Assembly (NCBI GenBank): GCA_963792415.1 | Contig: CAWBVY010000007.1 | Coordinates: forward strand, 64,001-128,000 | Length of the DNA stretch: 64,000 nt | From: Candidatus Deferrimicrobiaceae bacterium | GTDB lineage: Bacteria; Desulfobacterota; Deferrimicrobia; Deferrimicrobiales; Deferrimicrobiaceae | Reading direction: 5' to 3' | Part shown: positions 38,985 through 50,011 of the stretch, piece after piece | Layout: every line of letters starts with the position of its first letter | Position numbering within the stretch: the first letter of the stretch is position 1 | Program-made: the position numbers and the translations under genes | The notes under the pieces: generated by a model | The model's database searches: none | What the model saw: only the letters and a program-made list of their open reading frames with translations | What the model was told of the DNA's origin: nothing

Positions 38985-40178
38985 ATGCCGAGAGAAACTG
39001 TAATGGCGGGTTGTTCCGCCGCTGCGAATGGCGCCAAGTTGGCAAGAGTAGAGGTCATCAGTTCGTACCCGATCCGCCCGTACACGGGCATCATGATGGA
39101 GCTTTCCAGGATGGTGGCCGACGGGGAGCTCGAAGCGGAATTCGTTCACGGTGAAGGCGAACACGCACAGGTCTCCATCGCCCAGGGCGCGTCCGCGTCC
39201 GGTGCGAGGGCGTACACGGGATCCTCGGGCGTCGGCGTCGCCTACGCGATGGAGGTCTACTCCCCCATCTCGGGCGGCCGCTATCCGGTCCAGATGGCCA
39301 TCGCCGATCGCGCGTACGATCCCCCCGGGGACTTCGGTTCCGAGCACACGGACGTCATGAGCTGCAACGACCAGGGATGGATCCTGGGCTGGGCCGAGAC
39401 GCCGCAGGAAATCCTCGACAACACCATCATGTATTACAAGATCGGCGAAGACCCGAAAGTCATGCTGCCGCAGTGGTCGGCGCAGGACGGCTACTTCGTC
39501 TCCCACATCCCCGGCAAGGTCAGCATTCCGGACCAGAAGGCGGTCGATGAATTCCTTCCGCCGTACAATTGCCCGCACGCACTGAATCCGAAGAACCCGA
39601 CGAACCACGGTCCCCAGATCTACCCGGACCAGGGCCCGGCGATCGACCTGCAGAGGGCGCAGGCGTTCCTGAACGTGCCGAAGGTCATCGAGAAGGTCGT
39701 TGCCGACTACAACAAGCAGTTCGGCCGCAACTATTCCCCGTTCCTCGAAGAGTACAAGACCGAGGGCGCCGACTACGTGTTCTTCCTCCAGGGCGGGCAT
39801 TGCCGTACCGCCCGGTTCGCGGTCGACCACCTCCGGAAGAAGGGAGCCAAGGTCGGAATGGTGAAGCTCCGCTTCGTCCGTCCCTGGCCGACCGAGAAGA
39901 TCGTCGAATCCCTTTCCAAGTTCAAGGCCGTCGGTGTCGTCGAGTCCAGCACCTCGTACGGCGGCTGCATGAAGGGCGGGAAGCTCATGGAAGAGGTCCG
40001 CGCCTCCCTGTACGATTCGCCGACCCGGCCCGCCGTCACGTCGTTCATGGCCGGCCTTGGCGGCGAAGTCATCACCCTCGAGGAGTTCTACAACATGGCG
40101 AAGATCCTCGACGGGGCCGCGAAGAAGGGGAAGGTCGATCAGTACGTCTACTGGGTCGGGTTCGACAACGGAATCTAG
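38985..40178 (+). CDS. oorA: Oxalate oxidoreductase alpha subunit
   Basis: YPIRP instead of the PFOR YPITP; EGEHAQ, DRAYDPPGDFG, GPQI. Confidence 0.88.
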   Translation: MPRETVMAGCSAAANGAKLARVEVISSYPIRPYTGIMMELSRMVADGELEAEFVHGEGEHAQVSIAQGASASGARAYTGSSGVGVAYAMEVYSPISGGRYPVQMAIADRAYDPPGDFGSEHTDVMSCNDQGWILGWAETPQEILDNTIMYYKIGEDPKVMLPQWSAQDGYFVSHIPGKVSIPDQKAVDEFLPPYNCPHALNPKNPTNHGPQIYPDQGPAIDLQRAQAFLNVPKVIEKVVADYNKQFGRNYSPFLEEYKTEGADYVFFLQGGHCRTARFAVDHLRKKGAKVGMVKLRFVRPWPTEKIVESLSKFKAVGVVESSTSYGGCMKGGKLMEEVRASLYDSPTRPAVTSFMAGLGGEVITLEEFYNMAKILDGAAKKGKVDQYVYWVGFDNGI

Positions 40179-40210
40179 TAAAAAACTGCTGAGAAGCATA
40201 CAAGGAGTGA

Positions 40211-41194
<984 letters not shown>

Positions 41195-41220
41195 GCGGCA
41201 GAGCAGCACGTCGGTGCGGT

Positions 41221-41260
41221 CGGGGAGGGGCACGGGAGTGCCTGTGCTCCTCCCCGGTTT
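41221..41260 (+). terminator. Hairpin after oorB
   Basis: CGGGGAGGGGCAC...GTGCTCCTCCCCG followed by GTTT. Confidence 0.55.
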
Positions 41261-41452
41261 AAAAAAATATTGAGTGCCACGCATCAATAAAACGGTTATT
41301 CTCAAGAAGTAGGTCAAATCGGCGTCGGACGCGACTGCGTGAAAAAATGGCCAGGGGATAATCGAAAAGGAAGGAGGTGTCCGCGCAGGCGGAGTCGCTC
41401 TTATGCGACCCTAGATGCTGATTTGAAAAATATTGCACGGGAGGATTCATCC

Positions 41453-42445
41453 ATGGGGAAAAGGTATTCAGGTCTGAAGATCGGTCTGGTCGTCGCATGC
41501 TCTTTGGCGTTGGCGTTCACTTCCATCGGTACGGCAAACGCCTGGGTGCCTGACAGGCCGGTAGAGTTCATCGTTCCGGCGGGCGCCGGCGGCGGCGCGG
41601 ATGTCATGGCAAGGTTCATCTCCCCCCTCGTTTCCAAGTACAAACTGTCGCCGAAGCCTTGGGTCGTCATCAACAAGTCCGCAGGCGCCGGGGCGGAAGG
41701 CTTCATGTACGTGAAGGGCCAGAAGGGCAACGCGAACCTCATCATCATCACCCTCGACAACCTGTTCACGACCCCCCTGGCTACCGGGGTTCCCTTCAAC
41801 TGGAAGGACCTGACCCCGGCTTCCCGCCTGGCGCTCGACTACTTCTGCCTCTGGGTCAACAAGGCTGAGGGCTACAAGACCGCCACGGAGTATCTTGACG
41901 CCGTCAAGAAAGCGCCGGGCAAATTCGTCATGGGCGGCACCGGAGCGAAGCAGGAAGACCAGATCATCACCGTCCTGCTCGAGCAGGCCTTCGGACTGAA
42001 ATTCAATTACGTGCCGTTCAAGGGCGGCGGAACGGTGGCCGTCGAGCTCGTCGGCAAGCACATCAACTCGTCCGTCAACAACCCGGCCGAGGCGAGGAGC
42101 CACTGGAAGAACGGGACCCTGGTGCCGCTGGCGACGATCGATTCCGCGCGGATCGCCCTGCCGGACTGGGATCAGATCCCCACGATGAAAGAGGCCACCG
42201 GCAAGGACCTCAGCTACCTGATGCTGCGCGGCATCTTCCTGGCGCCCGGGGTGAAGCCGGAAGTCGTGGCTTACTACGTCGATACGTTGAAGAAGGTGAC
42301 GGAAACCCCGGAATGGAAGAAGTACATCGCCGACAACGGGCTGAAGGATGCCTACCTGACGGGGCCGGAATTCGTGAAATGGCTCGAGGATAAGGAATCC
42401 ACGACCAAGGACCTCATGGCGAAAGGCAACCTGTTGAAGAAGTAG
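41453..42445 (+). CDS. tctC: Tripartite tricarboxylate transporter substrate-binding protein
   Basis: Signal peptide; PVEFIVPAGAGGGADVMAR, NKSAGAG, YVPFKGGG. Confidence 0.9.
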   Translation: MGKRYSGLKIGLVVACSLALAFTSIGTANAWVPDRPVEFIVPAGAGGGADVMARFISPLVSKYKLSPKPWVVINKSAGAGAEGFMYVKGQKGNANLIIITLDNLFTTPLATGVPFNWKDLTPASRLALDYFCLWVNKAEGYKTATEYLDAVKKAPGKFVMGGTGAKQEDQIITVLLEQAFGLKFNYVPFKGGGTVAVELVGKHINSSVNNPAEARSHWKNGTLVPLATIDSARIALPDWDQIPTMKEATGKDLSYLMLRGIFLAPGVKPEVVAYYVDTLKKVTETPEWKKYIADNGLKDAYLTGPEFVKWLEDKESTTKDLMAKGNLLKK

Positions 42446-42468
42446 CAAAGGATACGCAGTTCGCACCG

Positions 42469-42504
42469 GGAGGAAGCGGGGTTCACTCCCCGCTTCCTCT
42501 CTTT
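42469..42504 (+). terminator. Hairpin between tctC and tctB
   Basis: GAGGAAGCGGGG...CCCCGCTTCCTC followed by TCTTT. Confidence 0.6.
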
Positions 42505-42542
42505 GTGCGGCATTTTCATATCGATTAGATTGGGGAGGAAAG

Positions 42543-43031
42543 ATGCGAAAGGCCAATCTTGGGGTGGCCATTTTCCTGTTTTTGATCGGCGCGATCGTCA
42601 TGTACGACGCGGTGCGCCTCGGATGGCACTATGACCCGGCGTCCGGTCCGGGAGCCGGCTTCCTGCCGTTTTATCTGTCCCTGGGCGTGCTCCTCTGCAC
42701 CAGCGTTTTCATCGTCAAGCAGGTCATGCAACTGTCGAAGATCGGGGTCGTGGGAGACACGCCGTTGATCCAGGAGGGGGGGCTGAAGCCGATCCTCTGG
42801 GTGCTGATTCCATCGACGGCCATGGTAGTCCTCATTCCCCTCATCGGGCTCCACTTCGCGGCCTGCATTTATCTCCTGTTCTACATGCGGGTGGTCGGAA
42901 AGATCGGATGGCTCGAGTGCATCCTGGTGAGCGTCCTGTTCCCTATCGGGTTGTACATCGTTTTCGACCGGCTGTTCCTGATTCCATTGCCGGACGGGAT
43001 GCTCGGAAATTATATCAAGCTTCCATTTTGA
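42543..43031 (+). CDS. tctB: TTT small membrane subunit
   Basis: GPGAGFLP, four TMs, VFDRLFLIPLPDG. Confidence 0.88.
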   Translation: MRKANLGVAIFLFLIGAIVMYDAVRLGWHYDPASGPGAGFLPFYLSLGVLLCTSVFIVKQVMQLSKIGVVGDTPLIQEGGLKPILWVLIPSTAMVVLIPLIGLHFAACIYLLFYMRVVGKIGWLECILVSVLFPIGLYIVFDRLFLIPLPDGMLGNYIKLPF

Positions 43032-43050
43032 TATCGGAGGGAGATCAACC

Positions 43051-44562
43051 GTGGCGGAGAATTTTCACCAGCTGATGATGGGCATCAGCGTCTCGATGCA
43101 GCCGTACAATTTCATGATCGCCATGATCGGGCTGGTGCTCGGGGTCATCGTGGGCGTCCTTCCGGGATTGGGGGGAGCCAACGGGGTCGCCATCCTCATC
43201 CCCCTCACGGTGGCTATGCAACCCATCTCGGGCATCATCCTGCTGGCGAGCATCTACTGGGGAGCGCTCTACGGCGGGAGCATCACGTCCATCCTGTTCA
43301 ACATCCCCGGGGAACCGTGGTCCGTTGCGACCACGTTCGACGGCTACCCGATGGCAAAGAAGGGGAATGCCGGAAAAGCGCTCGTTCTGTCGTTCTTTTC
43401 CCACTTCGTCGGCGCGGTGCTCGGCGTCATCATGTTGAGCTTCTTCGCGCCTCTCATCGCGGCCTTTGCGTTGCGGTTCGGTCCCGCCGAGATCTTTTCC
43501 GTGATGGTGCTCACATTCAGCGCGTTCGTGGGCTTAAGCGGGAAGGATCCTTATAAAACGCTCGTCTCCATCTTTCTCGGGTTCATCCTGGCCGCGGTCG
43601 GGATGGACATCGTCACTGGACAGTTGCGAATGACGTTCGGTTCGATCGACCTGATGGGCGGGTTCAACTTCATCGTCGCGGTCATCGGCCTGTTCGGGTT
43701 GGGGGAGATCTTCCTCACGGTCGAGGAAGGCCTCAAGCTCGAGTCGACGGAGGGCGGCAGGGTCACGTTCAAGGATATGGCGTGGGGAGTAAAGGAACTG
43801 ATTATTGAATGGAGGGCGCTTCTGCTGGGCTGCCTCATCGGGTGCTGGATGGGTCTCAAGCCCGGCGGCGCGACCCCCGCCTCCTTCATGGCGTACGGGT
43901 TCGCCAAGCAGAGCAGCAAGAAAGGCGACGAATTCGGGAAAGGGGCTTCCGCGGGGATCATCGCCCCCGAAGCGGCCGCCCACGGCGCGGGAACGTCCGC
44001 CGCGCTTCCCATGATCACCCTGGGAATCCCCGGATCGCCTACCATGGCCGTCATCATGGGCGGTCTCATGATCTTCGGGCTGCTGCCCGGACCGATGCTC
44101 TTTGTGGAACACCCCAGTTTCGTATGGGGCTTCATCGGCAGTTGCTGGATCGGAAACTTCATCGGCCTTCTGGTCGTGCTGGCGTTCGCGCCGGTGTTCG
44201 CAGCGGTCCTCAAGATCCGGTTCGCCATCATCATGCCGATCATCGTTTACGTCTGCTCCATCGGCGCCTACGCCGTGAACAACCGGATGATCGACATCTA
44301 CTACATGATCGGGTTCGGCGTCATCGGATATCTCTTCAAGAAACTCGACTATCCTCTCGCGCCGTTGGTCCTGGCGCTGGTGCTGGGAGACATGGCGGAG
44401 TCCGCGTTGCGGCAGGCGCTCCTCATTTCCGGGGGCAGCCCTCTCGTCCTGGTCCAACCCCCCATCGCGCTGCCGATCATGGTCGCGGCGGGGCTCATCT
44501 TCTTCTGGCCGTCGATCTCTGGTATAATAAAGAAAAGGCGCGTAAAGGTCGGACCCGGCTGA
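43051..44562 (+). CDS. tctA: TTT large membrane subunit
   Basis: GVLPGLG, YGGSITSILFNIPG, FDGYPMA, APEAA, TLGIPGS. Confidence 0.93.
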   Translation: MAENFHQLMMGISVSMQPYNFMIAMIGLVLGVIVGVLPGLGGANGVAILIPLTVAMQPISGIILLASIYWGALYGGSITSILFNIPGEPWSVATTFDGYPMAKKGNAGKALVLSFFSHFVGAVLGVIMLSFFAPLIAAFALRFGPAEIFSVMVLTFSAFVGLSGKDPYKTLVSIFLGFILAAVGMDIVTGQLRMTFGSIDLMGGFNFIVAVIGLFGLGEIFLTVEEGLKLESTEGGRVTFKDMAWGVKELIIEWRALLLGCLIGCWMGLKPGGATPASFMAYGFAKQSSKKGDEFGKGASAGIIAPEAAAHGAGTSAALPMITLGIPGSPTMAVIMGGLMIFGLLPGPMLFVEHPSFVWGFIGSCWIGNFIGLLVVLAFAPVFAAVLKIRFAIIMPIIVYVCSIGAYAVNNRMIDIYYMIGFGVIGYLFKKLDYPLAPLVLALVLGDMAESALRQALLISGGSPLVLVQPPIALPIMVAAGLIFFWPSISGIIKKRRVKVGPG

Positions 44563-44651
44563 GCCAAGCGGGCCGAAGCCATTTTTATCGGAACTTGTTG
44601 GATATAAAGGCGAAATGCATCTGTGACCGTACGTCCGGTACTTGGAACTGA

Positions 44652-44709
44652 GAAGAAGCGGCCTGGGGGAAGGGCACCGTACCCCATCCTTGGCCGCTTC
44701 TCTTTTTTT
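44652..44709 (+). terminator. Intrinsic terminator after tctA
   Basis: GAAGCGGCC...GGCCGCTTC followed by TCTTTTTTT. Confidence 0.6.
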
Positions 44710-44723
44710 CCGGGGATCCGGCG

Positions 44724-45665
44724 ATGACGTCGCCGGGAAAGATCCTCATCACCGGCGGCGCAGGGTCGTGCGGGAGGCATCTGACCGCATCGCTCCTGGG
44801 GCGGGGGTACGAGGTGCGGGTGATCGACAAGGACGTGGAGCCCCTCCGCTCCGTCGCGAACAAGGGGCTTGCGCTCTTCCGGGCCGGGGTGGAAGACAGG
44901 GACGCCCTGAAGTCGGCGGTGGATGGGGTGGACGCCGTCCTCCACCTCGCCTGGTCTTTTTCCGAAGATCCCCTGGTCGTCCTGGAGCAGGACCTGAGAG
45001 GCCACATCTACCTGCTCGAGGAGATGGCCTCCCGGAAAGTACGGCACCTGATCTACGCGAGCACGGCGGTGGTGTACGGGAAACCTCGGTATTCCCCCAT
45101 CGACGAACAGCATCCCCTTCTCGTGGAAGAGGCGAGAAAACCCCTCTACGGGATCGCGAAGGCCGCCGCCGAGAAACTGTGCCTGATGTACGGAAAGACC
45201 AAGGGACCGCCGGCCACCGTCGTCCGTTTCTGGTGGGCGTACGGGGACGATATCGGCGGCAAACATCTGCGAGAGATGCTCAAGACCGCCTCGGCGGGAA
45301 CCCCCCTGGAGGTCCCCGGCGATTCCGGCGGATCATTCCTCCACATGGCGGACCTGGCGCAGGGGATGGAACGATGTCTTTTCAACCCCAAGGCGTACGG
45401 GCGGACCTGGAATTTCTCCACCGTCTACGTCACCTGGGAAGAGGTGGCGGAAATGGTCCGCGACGTGACCGGCTCGCGCTCCGGGATCCGGAGCATCCCC
45501 AGGGAGGAATGGACGGGCGCTGCGTTTCTTTCCGACCGTTGGGAATTGTCCGATTCCGCGGCCAGGGAATTCCTCGGTTTCCGTCCCATGGACGCCGCTG
45601 CGGCGAAGGCATCCCTGAAAGTCGCGATCACCAACTGCTGGGAGGCGATGCGCAGGAATACGTAA
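44724..45665 (+). CDS. NAD-dependent epimerase/dehydratase (extended SDR)
   Basis: ITGGAGSCG, ASTAVVYG, YGIAK (YxxxK). Confidence 0.88.
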   Translation: MTSPGKILITGGAGSCGRHLTASLLGRGYEVRVIDKDVEPLRSVANKGLALFRAGVEDRDALKSAVDGVDAVLHLAWSFSEDPLVVLEQDLRGHIYLLEEMASRKVRHLIYASTAVVYGKPRYSPIDEQHPLLVEEARKPLYGIAKAAAEKLCLMYGKTKGPPATVVRFWWAYGDDIGGKHLREMLKTASAGTPLEVPGDSGGSFLHMADLAQGMERCLFNPKAYGRTWNFSTVYVTWEEVAEMVRDVTGSRSGIRSIPREEWTGAAFLSDRWELSDSAAREFLGFRPMDAAAAKASLKVAITNCWEAMRRNT

Positions 45666-45719
45666 TCCCTCCGTAACGATAAGATCCCAATCCCCTGGTA
45701 AGAGAAACGATGGAGGTAT

Positions 45720-46559
45720 GTGATGTTTGATTTGAGCTGGCTGGGTTCGATTTCCCTGGATTCGTTCATACCTGCGGTGCTCGGCGCCGTCCGGCACGAC
45801 TTCGGTTGGTTGGGGTGGATCTCCTTCGACTACCAGTTCTTATCCGCATTGGGGGCCATCATCCTGATCGACCTGGTCCTGGCGGGCGACAACGCCGTCG
45901 TCATCGCCCTGGCCGTCCGGAACCTTCCCGGGAAACAGAAGATGTGGGGCATCATCCTGGGGTCCGGCGCCGCCGTCCTGCTGCGGGTCATCTGCACCAT
46001 GTTCGTGGCGCAGATGCTGATGATCCCTCTGCTGAAATTCGTCGGAGGGGCGTTGATCCTCTGGATCGCGGTGAAACTCCTGACGCAGGAGCACGAGGAC
46101 GAAAAGGTCGACCAGGCGAAGAACCTGATCCAGGCGATCAAGTTGATCGTCATCGCGGACATCGTCATGAGCCTCGACAACATGCTGGCGGTCGGGGGCG
46201 CGTCCAAGGGGAACATGTTCCTGCTTCTCTTCGGGCTGGGGTTGAGCATCCCTCTCGTCGTCGGGACCAGTTCCCTCCTTTCCATGCTGATGGGCAAGTA
46301 CCCGATCATCGTCGTCATCGGCGCCGCCGTCCTGGGGAAGGTCGCGGGCGAGATGATGACGACCGATGCACTGGTCCAGAAGTGGTTCGCCCTCCCGCAC
46401 TATGTGACCATAATCGCCGAGATCACGTTCGCCATCGGGGTCGTCGTGGTCGGGAAACTGATCATGAAGCGCAGGAAGGCGCAGAGGGAATCGGTCGAGG
46501 CGGCGGGTTTGCCGGTGTCGGAGAGCGAACCGGAAAAAGCGCCCGTGAAAGACAAATAA
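45720..46559 (+). CDS. TerC-family (YjbE-like) membrane protein
   Basis: IDLVLAGDNAVVIALA, ADIVMSLDNMLAV, GLGLSIPL. Confidence 0.92.
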   Translation: MMFDLSWLGSISLDSFIPAVLGAVRHDFGWLGWISFDYQFLSALGAIILIDLVLAGDNAVVIALAVRNLPGKQKMWGIILGSGAAVLLRVICTMFVAQMLMIPLLKFVGGALILWIAVKLLTQEHEDEKVDQAKNLIQAIKLIVIADIVMSLDNMLAVGGASKGNMFLLLFGLGLSIPLVVGTSSLLSMLMGKYPIIVVIGAAVLGKVAGEMMTTDALVQKWFALPHYVTIIAEITFAIGVVVVGKLIMKRRKAQRESVEAAGLPVSESEPEKAPVKDK

Positions 46560-46684
46560 CCCCCCCTGCGGGGGCGATTTCGCCGGTTACGATTCCCATG
46601 AAGTGCGGCCGTCCGTTGTATTCCGGACGGCCGTTTCATTATAATGACGGGTACGTCTGAAACCATGCCTCGTGGAGGGTGCTG

Positions 46685-49345
46685 ATGGCCAGAAGCGCGA
46701 AAAAGTATGTGTATTTTTTCGGGAAGGGCAAAGCCGACGGAACCGGGAAGATGAAGGACCTGCTGGGCGGAAAAGGGGCGGGACTGGCCAACATGACGAA
46801 CCTGAAGATCCCGGTGCCCGCCGGGTTCACCATCACCACGGAAGCGTGCAACGCGTACTTCGAGAGCCGGAAGAAGTACCCCGCCGGCATGTGGGAACAG
46901 GTGCTCGCCAACCTGAAGAAGGTGGAGACGGCGATGGGGATGAAGTTCGGGGACGCGAAAAACCCCCTCCTCGTGTCCGTCCGTTCCGGCTCGAAATTCT
47001 CCATGCCCGGGATGATGGACACGATTCTCAACCTCGGGCTCAACGACACGACCCTCAAGGCCCTCGCCGACAAGGCCGGGGACCGGTTCGCGTTCGACAC
47101 CTACCGCCGGCTGATCACCATGTTCGGAAGCACTGCCATGGGGATCGATCGCCAGCTGTTCGAAAAGGCGCTGGAGCGGATGAAGGAAGCCAGGGGGGTC
47201 CACCTCGACACGGAGCTTGCGACGGAAGATCTCCGGGAACTGGTCGGGATCTTCAAAGGCATCTACGCGAAGGAGACGGGAAAGGGTTTTCCGGCGGACC
47301 CGCTCCAGCAGCTGAAGCTGGCAATCGATGCCGTCTTCAGTTCCTGGTTCTCCGACCGGGCGGTCACGTACCGGAGGCTCAATAACATCCCGAACGATCT
47401 CGGGACGGCGTGCAACGTCCAGGCGATGGTCTTCGGGAACATGGGCGAGAACTCGGGAACCGGTGTCGGCTTCACCCGGGACCCCTCCACCGGCGAGAAG
47501 AAGTTCTTTGCCGAATATCTCACGAACGCGCAGGGCGAGGACGTCGTGGCCGGCATCCGGACCCCCCTGCACATAGACGAGCTGAAGAAGCAGCAGCCCG
47601 CCGTGTACGGAGAGCTCGAAAAGATCTACCGGAAACTGGAAACCCACTACAAGGACATGCTGGACATCGAATTCACCGTCCAGGACGGCAAGCTCTACAT
47701 GCTGCAGACCCGGGTCGGGAAACGGACCGCCGCCGCGTCCCTGAAGATCGCCATCGACATGGTCCGGGAGAAGCTGATCGACAAGAAGACGGCGGTCATG
47801 CGGATCGACCCCGTGCAGCTCGAATGGCTCATGCATCCCTCCTTCGACCCGAAGGCGTCCGTTCAGGTCATCGGGAAGGGGCTGCCGGCCTCGCCCGGCG
47901 CCGCGGTCGGCAAAGTCGTTTTCTCGGCGGAGGACGCGGAAGCGTGGGCCGCCAGGGGGGAAAACGTGGTCCTGGTCCGGACCGAGACCTCCCCGGAGGA
48001 TATCGGCGGGATGCACGCGGCCCAGGGGATCCTCACGGCCCGGGGCGGGATGACGTCCCATGCGGCCGTGGTGGCGAGGGGGATGGGCAAATGCTGCGTC
48101 GCGGGGTGCGGCGCGCTCCACATCGATGAGGGAACGAAGACGATGACCCTCGGGTCGCGCGACCTGAAGGAGGGCGATTTCATCACCCTGAACGGCACCA
48201 CGGGGGAAGTCATCCTCGGGCAGGTTCCCCTCGTCCCCGCCGATCTCAGCGGCGATTTCCACTTGATCCTGAAGTGGGCCGACGAGATCCGGGAGCTGGG
48301 AGTCCGCGCCAACGCCGACACGCCGGCCGACGCCCGCATGGCGCTCAAGTTCGGGGCCGAGGGGATCGGGCTCGTCCGCACGGAGCACATGTTCTTCGAG
48401 GGCATACGGGTGCAGGCGGTGCGCGAGATGATCCTGGCCGACGACACGGAAGGGCGCAAAAAGGCCCTCGCGAAGATCCTCCCCATGCAGCGGGAGGATT
48501 TCATCGGAATCTTCAAGGTGATGAACGGGCTGCCGGTGACGATCCGGCTTCTCGACCCTCCGCTGCACGAGTTCCTTCCGAAGACCCGTGAGGAACTCGA
48601 GGATATCGCCCGCGACCTGGGCGTGCCGTTCCAGAAACTGCAGGCGCGGAACAAGGCGTTGCACGAGTTCAACCCCATGCTGGGCCACCGGGGGTGCCGG
48701 CTGGGGATCACCTATCCGGAAATCTTCGAGATGCAGGTCCAGGCGATCATGGAAGCCGCCTGCGAGGTGGTCAAGCATAAGGTGAAGGCCATTCCCGAGA
48801 TCATGATCCCGCTCATCGCCGACGTGAACGAGCTGCGCGTGATGCGCGAGATGACCGTGCGGATCGCCGAGAAGGTGCTGAAAGCGCACAAGGTACGCGT
48901 GCACTACGAAGTGGGGACCATGATCGAGATCGCGCGGGCGGCGCTGCTGGCCCACGAGATCGCGCCGGAGGCCGATTTCTACTCCTTCGGCACCAACGAC
49001 CTGACCCAGACGACGTACGGCCTGTCGCGGGACGACGCGGGAAGGTTCCTGCCGTACTACGTCGAGAAGGGGATCTTCGAGCACGACCCGTTCATCACCA
49101 TCGACCGCAAGGGCGTCGGCATGCTGATGAAGATGGCGATCGCGAACAGCCGGAAAATCAAGAAGGGGATGAAGATGGGGATCTGCGGGGAGCAGGTGGA
49201 TCCGTTGTCGGTCGAGTTCTGCTACGAGATCGGGCTCACCTACGTGAGCGGCTCGCCGTTCCGGCTGCCGGTCGCCCGACTTGCCGCCGCGCAGGCGACG
49301 CTCAAGAGAAAGATGAAAAAAGGGCTGTCCAAGGCATCGCTGTAA
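46685..49345 (+). CDS. ppdK: Pyruvate, phosphate dikinase
   Basis: LGGKGAGL, SVRSG..SMPGMMDT, GGMTSHAAVVARG, GTNDLTQ, GICGE. Confidence 0.97.
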   Translation: MARSAKKYVYFFGKGKADGTGKMKDLLGGKGAGLANMTNLKIPVPAGFTITTEACNAYFESRKKYPAGMWEQVLANLKKVETAMGMKFGDAKNPLLVSVRSGSKFSMPGMMDTILNLGLNDTTLKALADKAGDRFAFDTYRRLITMFGSTAMGIDRQLFEKALERMKEARGVHLDTELATEDLRELVGIFKGIYAKETGKGFPADPLQQLKLAIDAVFSSWFSDRAVTYRRLNNIPNDLGTACNVQAMVFGNMGENSGTGVGFTRDPSTGEKKFFAEYLTNAQGEDVVAGIRTPLHIDELKKQQPAVYGELEKIYRKLETHYKDMLDIEFTVQDGKLYMLQTRVGKRTAAASLKIAIDMVREKLIDKKTAVMRIDPVQLEWLMHPSFDPKASVQVIGKGLPASPGAAVGKVVFSAEDAEAWAARGENVVLVRTETSPEDIGGMHAAQGILTARGGMTSHAAVVARGMGKCCVAGCGALHIDEGTKTMTLGSRDLKEGDFITLNGTTGEVILGQVPLVPADLSGDFHLILKWADEIRELGVRANADTPADARMALKFGAEGIGLVRTEHMFFEGIRVQAVREMILADDTEGRKKALAKILPMQREDFIGIFKVMNGLPVTIRLLDPPLHEFLPKTREELEDIARDLGVPFQKLQARNKALHEFNPMLGHRGCRLGITYPEIFEMQVQAIMEAACEVVKHKVKAIPEIMIPLIADVNELRVMREMTVRIAEKVLKAHKVRVHYEVGTMIEIARAALLAHEIAPEADFYSFGTNDLTQTTYGLSRDDAGRFLPYYVEKGIFEHDPFITIDRKGVGMLMKMAIANSRKIKKGMKMGICGEQVDPLSVEFCYEIGLTYVSGSPFRLPVARLAAAQATLKRKMKKGLSKASL

Positions 49346-49358
49346 CCGCGTCGCAACC

Positions 49359-49395
49359 GAGGGGCCCCCTCCCGCCCCGAGAGGGGGCCCCTCTT
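49359..49395 (+). terminator. Hairpin after ppdK
   Basis: GAGGGGCCCCCTC...GAGGGGGCCCCTC inverted repeat. Confidence 0.55.
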
Positions 49396-49494
49396 CCGAT
49401 TCCTTCTGGCGCCCCACTCCCGTAAGAAATGCGCTCCCTGGGGTACCCCCGCAGTAGGAAGAACGGGGGGGCATGCCTCTGGTAAGATAACAAG

Positions 49495-50010
49495 ATGCAT
49501 CGGAATCCATTCGAGCGGGAATACCTGCCGCACTCCTCGGGATGTTTCCTCTGCGGGGAAGAGAACCGCTCCGGCGTCCAGGCGCGGTTCTTCGTGGAGG
49601 GGAACGAGGTCCTGGGAAGGGTGGTCCTCCCCCTCCACCTCAACGGGTACAAGAACGTCGCCCACGGCGGGGTCGTCTCCGCGCTCCTCGACGAGACGAT
49701 GGGGTGGGCCGCCACCGTGTTCGGGAAGACGCACCCCATGTACGTCACGGGCGAGCTCACGGTGAAGTTCCTTTCCCCCGTGCCGGTCGGCGCCGAGATC
49801 GAGGTCCGCAGCCGGCTCGTCGAGGATGCGGGAAGGCTCGCCTACTGCGAGGGGGAAATCCGTTGCGGCGGGAAGGTGTGCGCCCGCGCCCGGGGGAAGT
49901 TCGTCCCGATGAGCCCGGAAGGGACGGCGGAAGTGATCCCGTACCTGCGGTTCGAGGGATGCCGACGCTTCCGGGAGATCTTCGACGCGTACCGGGGGGC
50001 GAAGGGATGA
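49495..50010 (+). CDS. PaaI-family thioesterase
   Basis: CFLCGEEN, HGGVVSALLDE. Confidence 0.9.
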   Translation: MHRNPFEREYLPHSSGCFLCGEENRSGVQARFFVEGNEVLGRVVLPLHLNGYKNVAHGGVVSALLDETMGWAATVFGKTHPMYVTGELTVKFLSPVPVGAEIEVRSRLVEDAGRLAYCEGEIRCGGKVCARARGKFVPMSPEGTAEVIPYLRFEGCRRFREIFDAYRGAKG

Positions 50011-50011
50011 G

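Noticed and set aside
41260-41452. Riboswitch or sigma54 promoter upstream of tctC
   Set aside because: No riboswitch consensus or correctly spaced GG-N10-GC element could be supported by eye.
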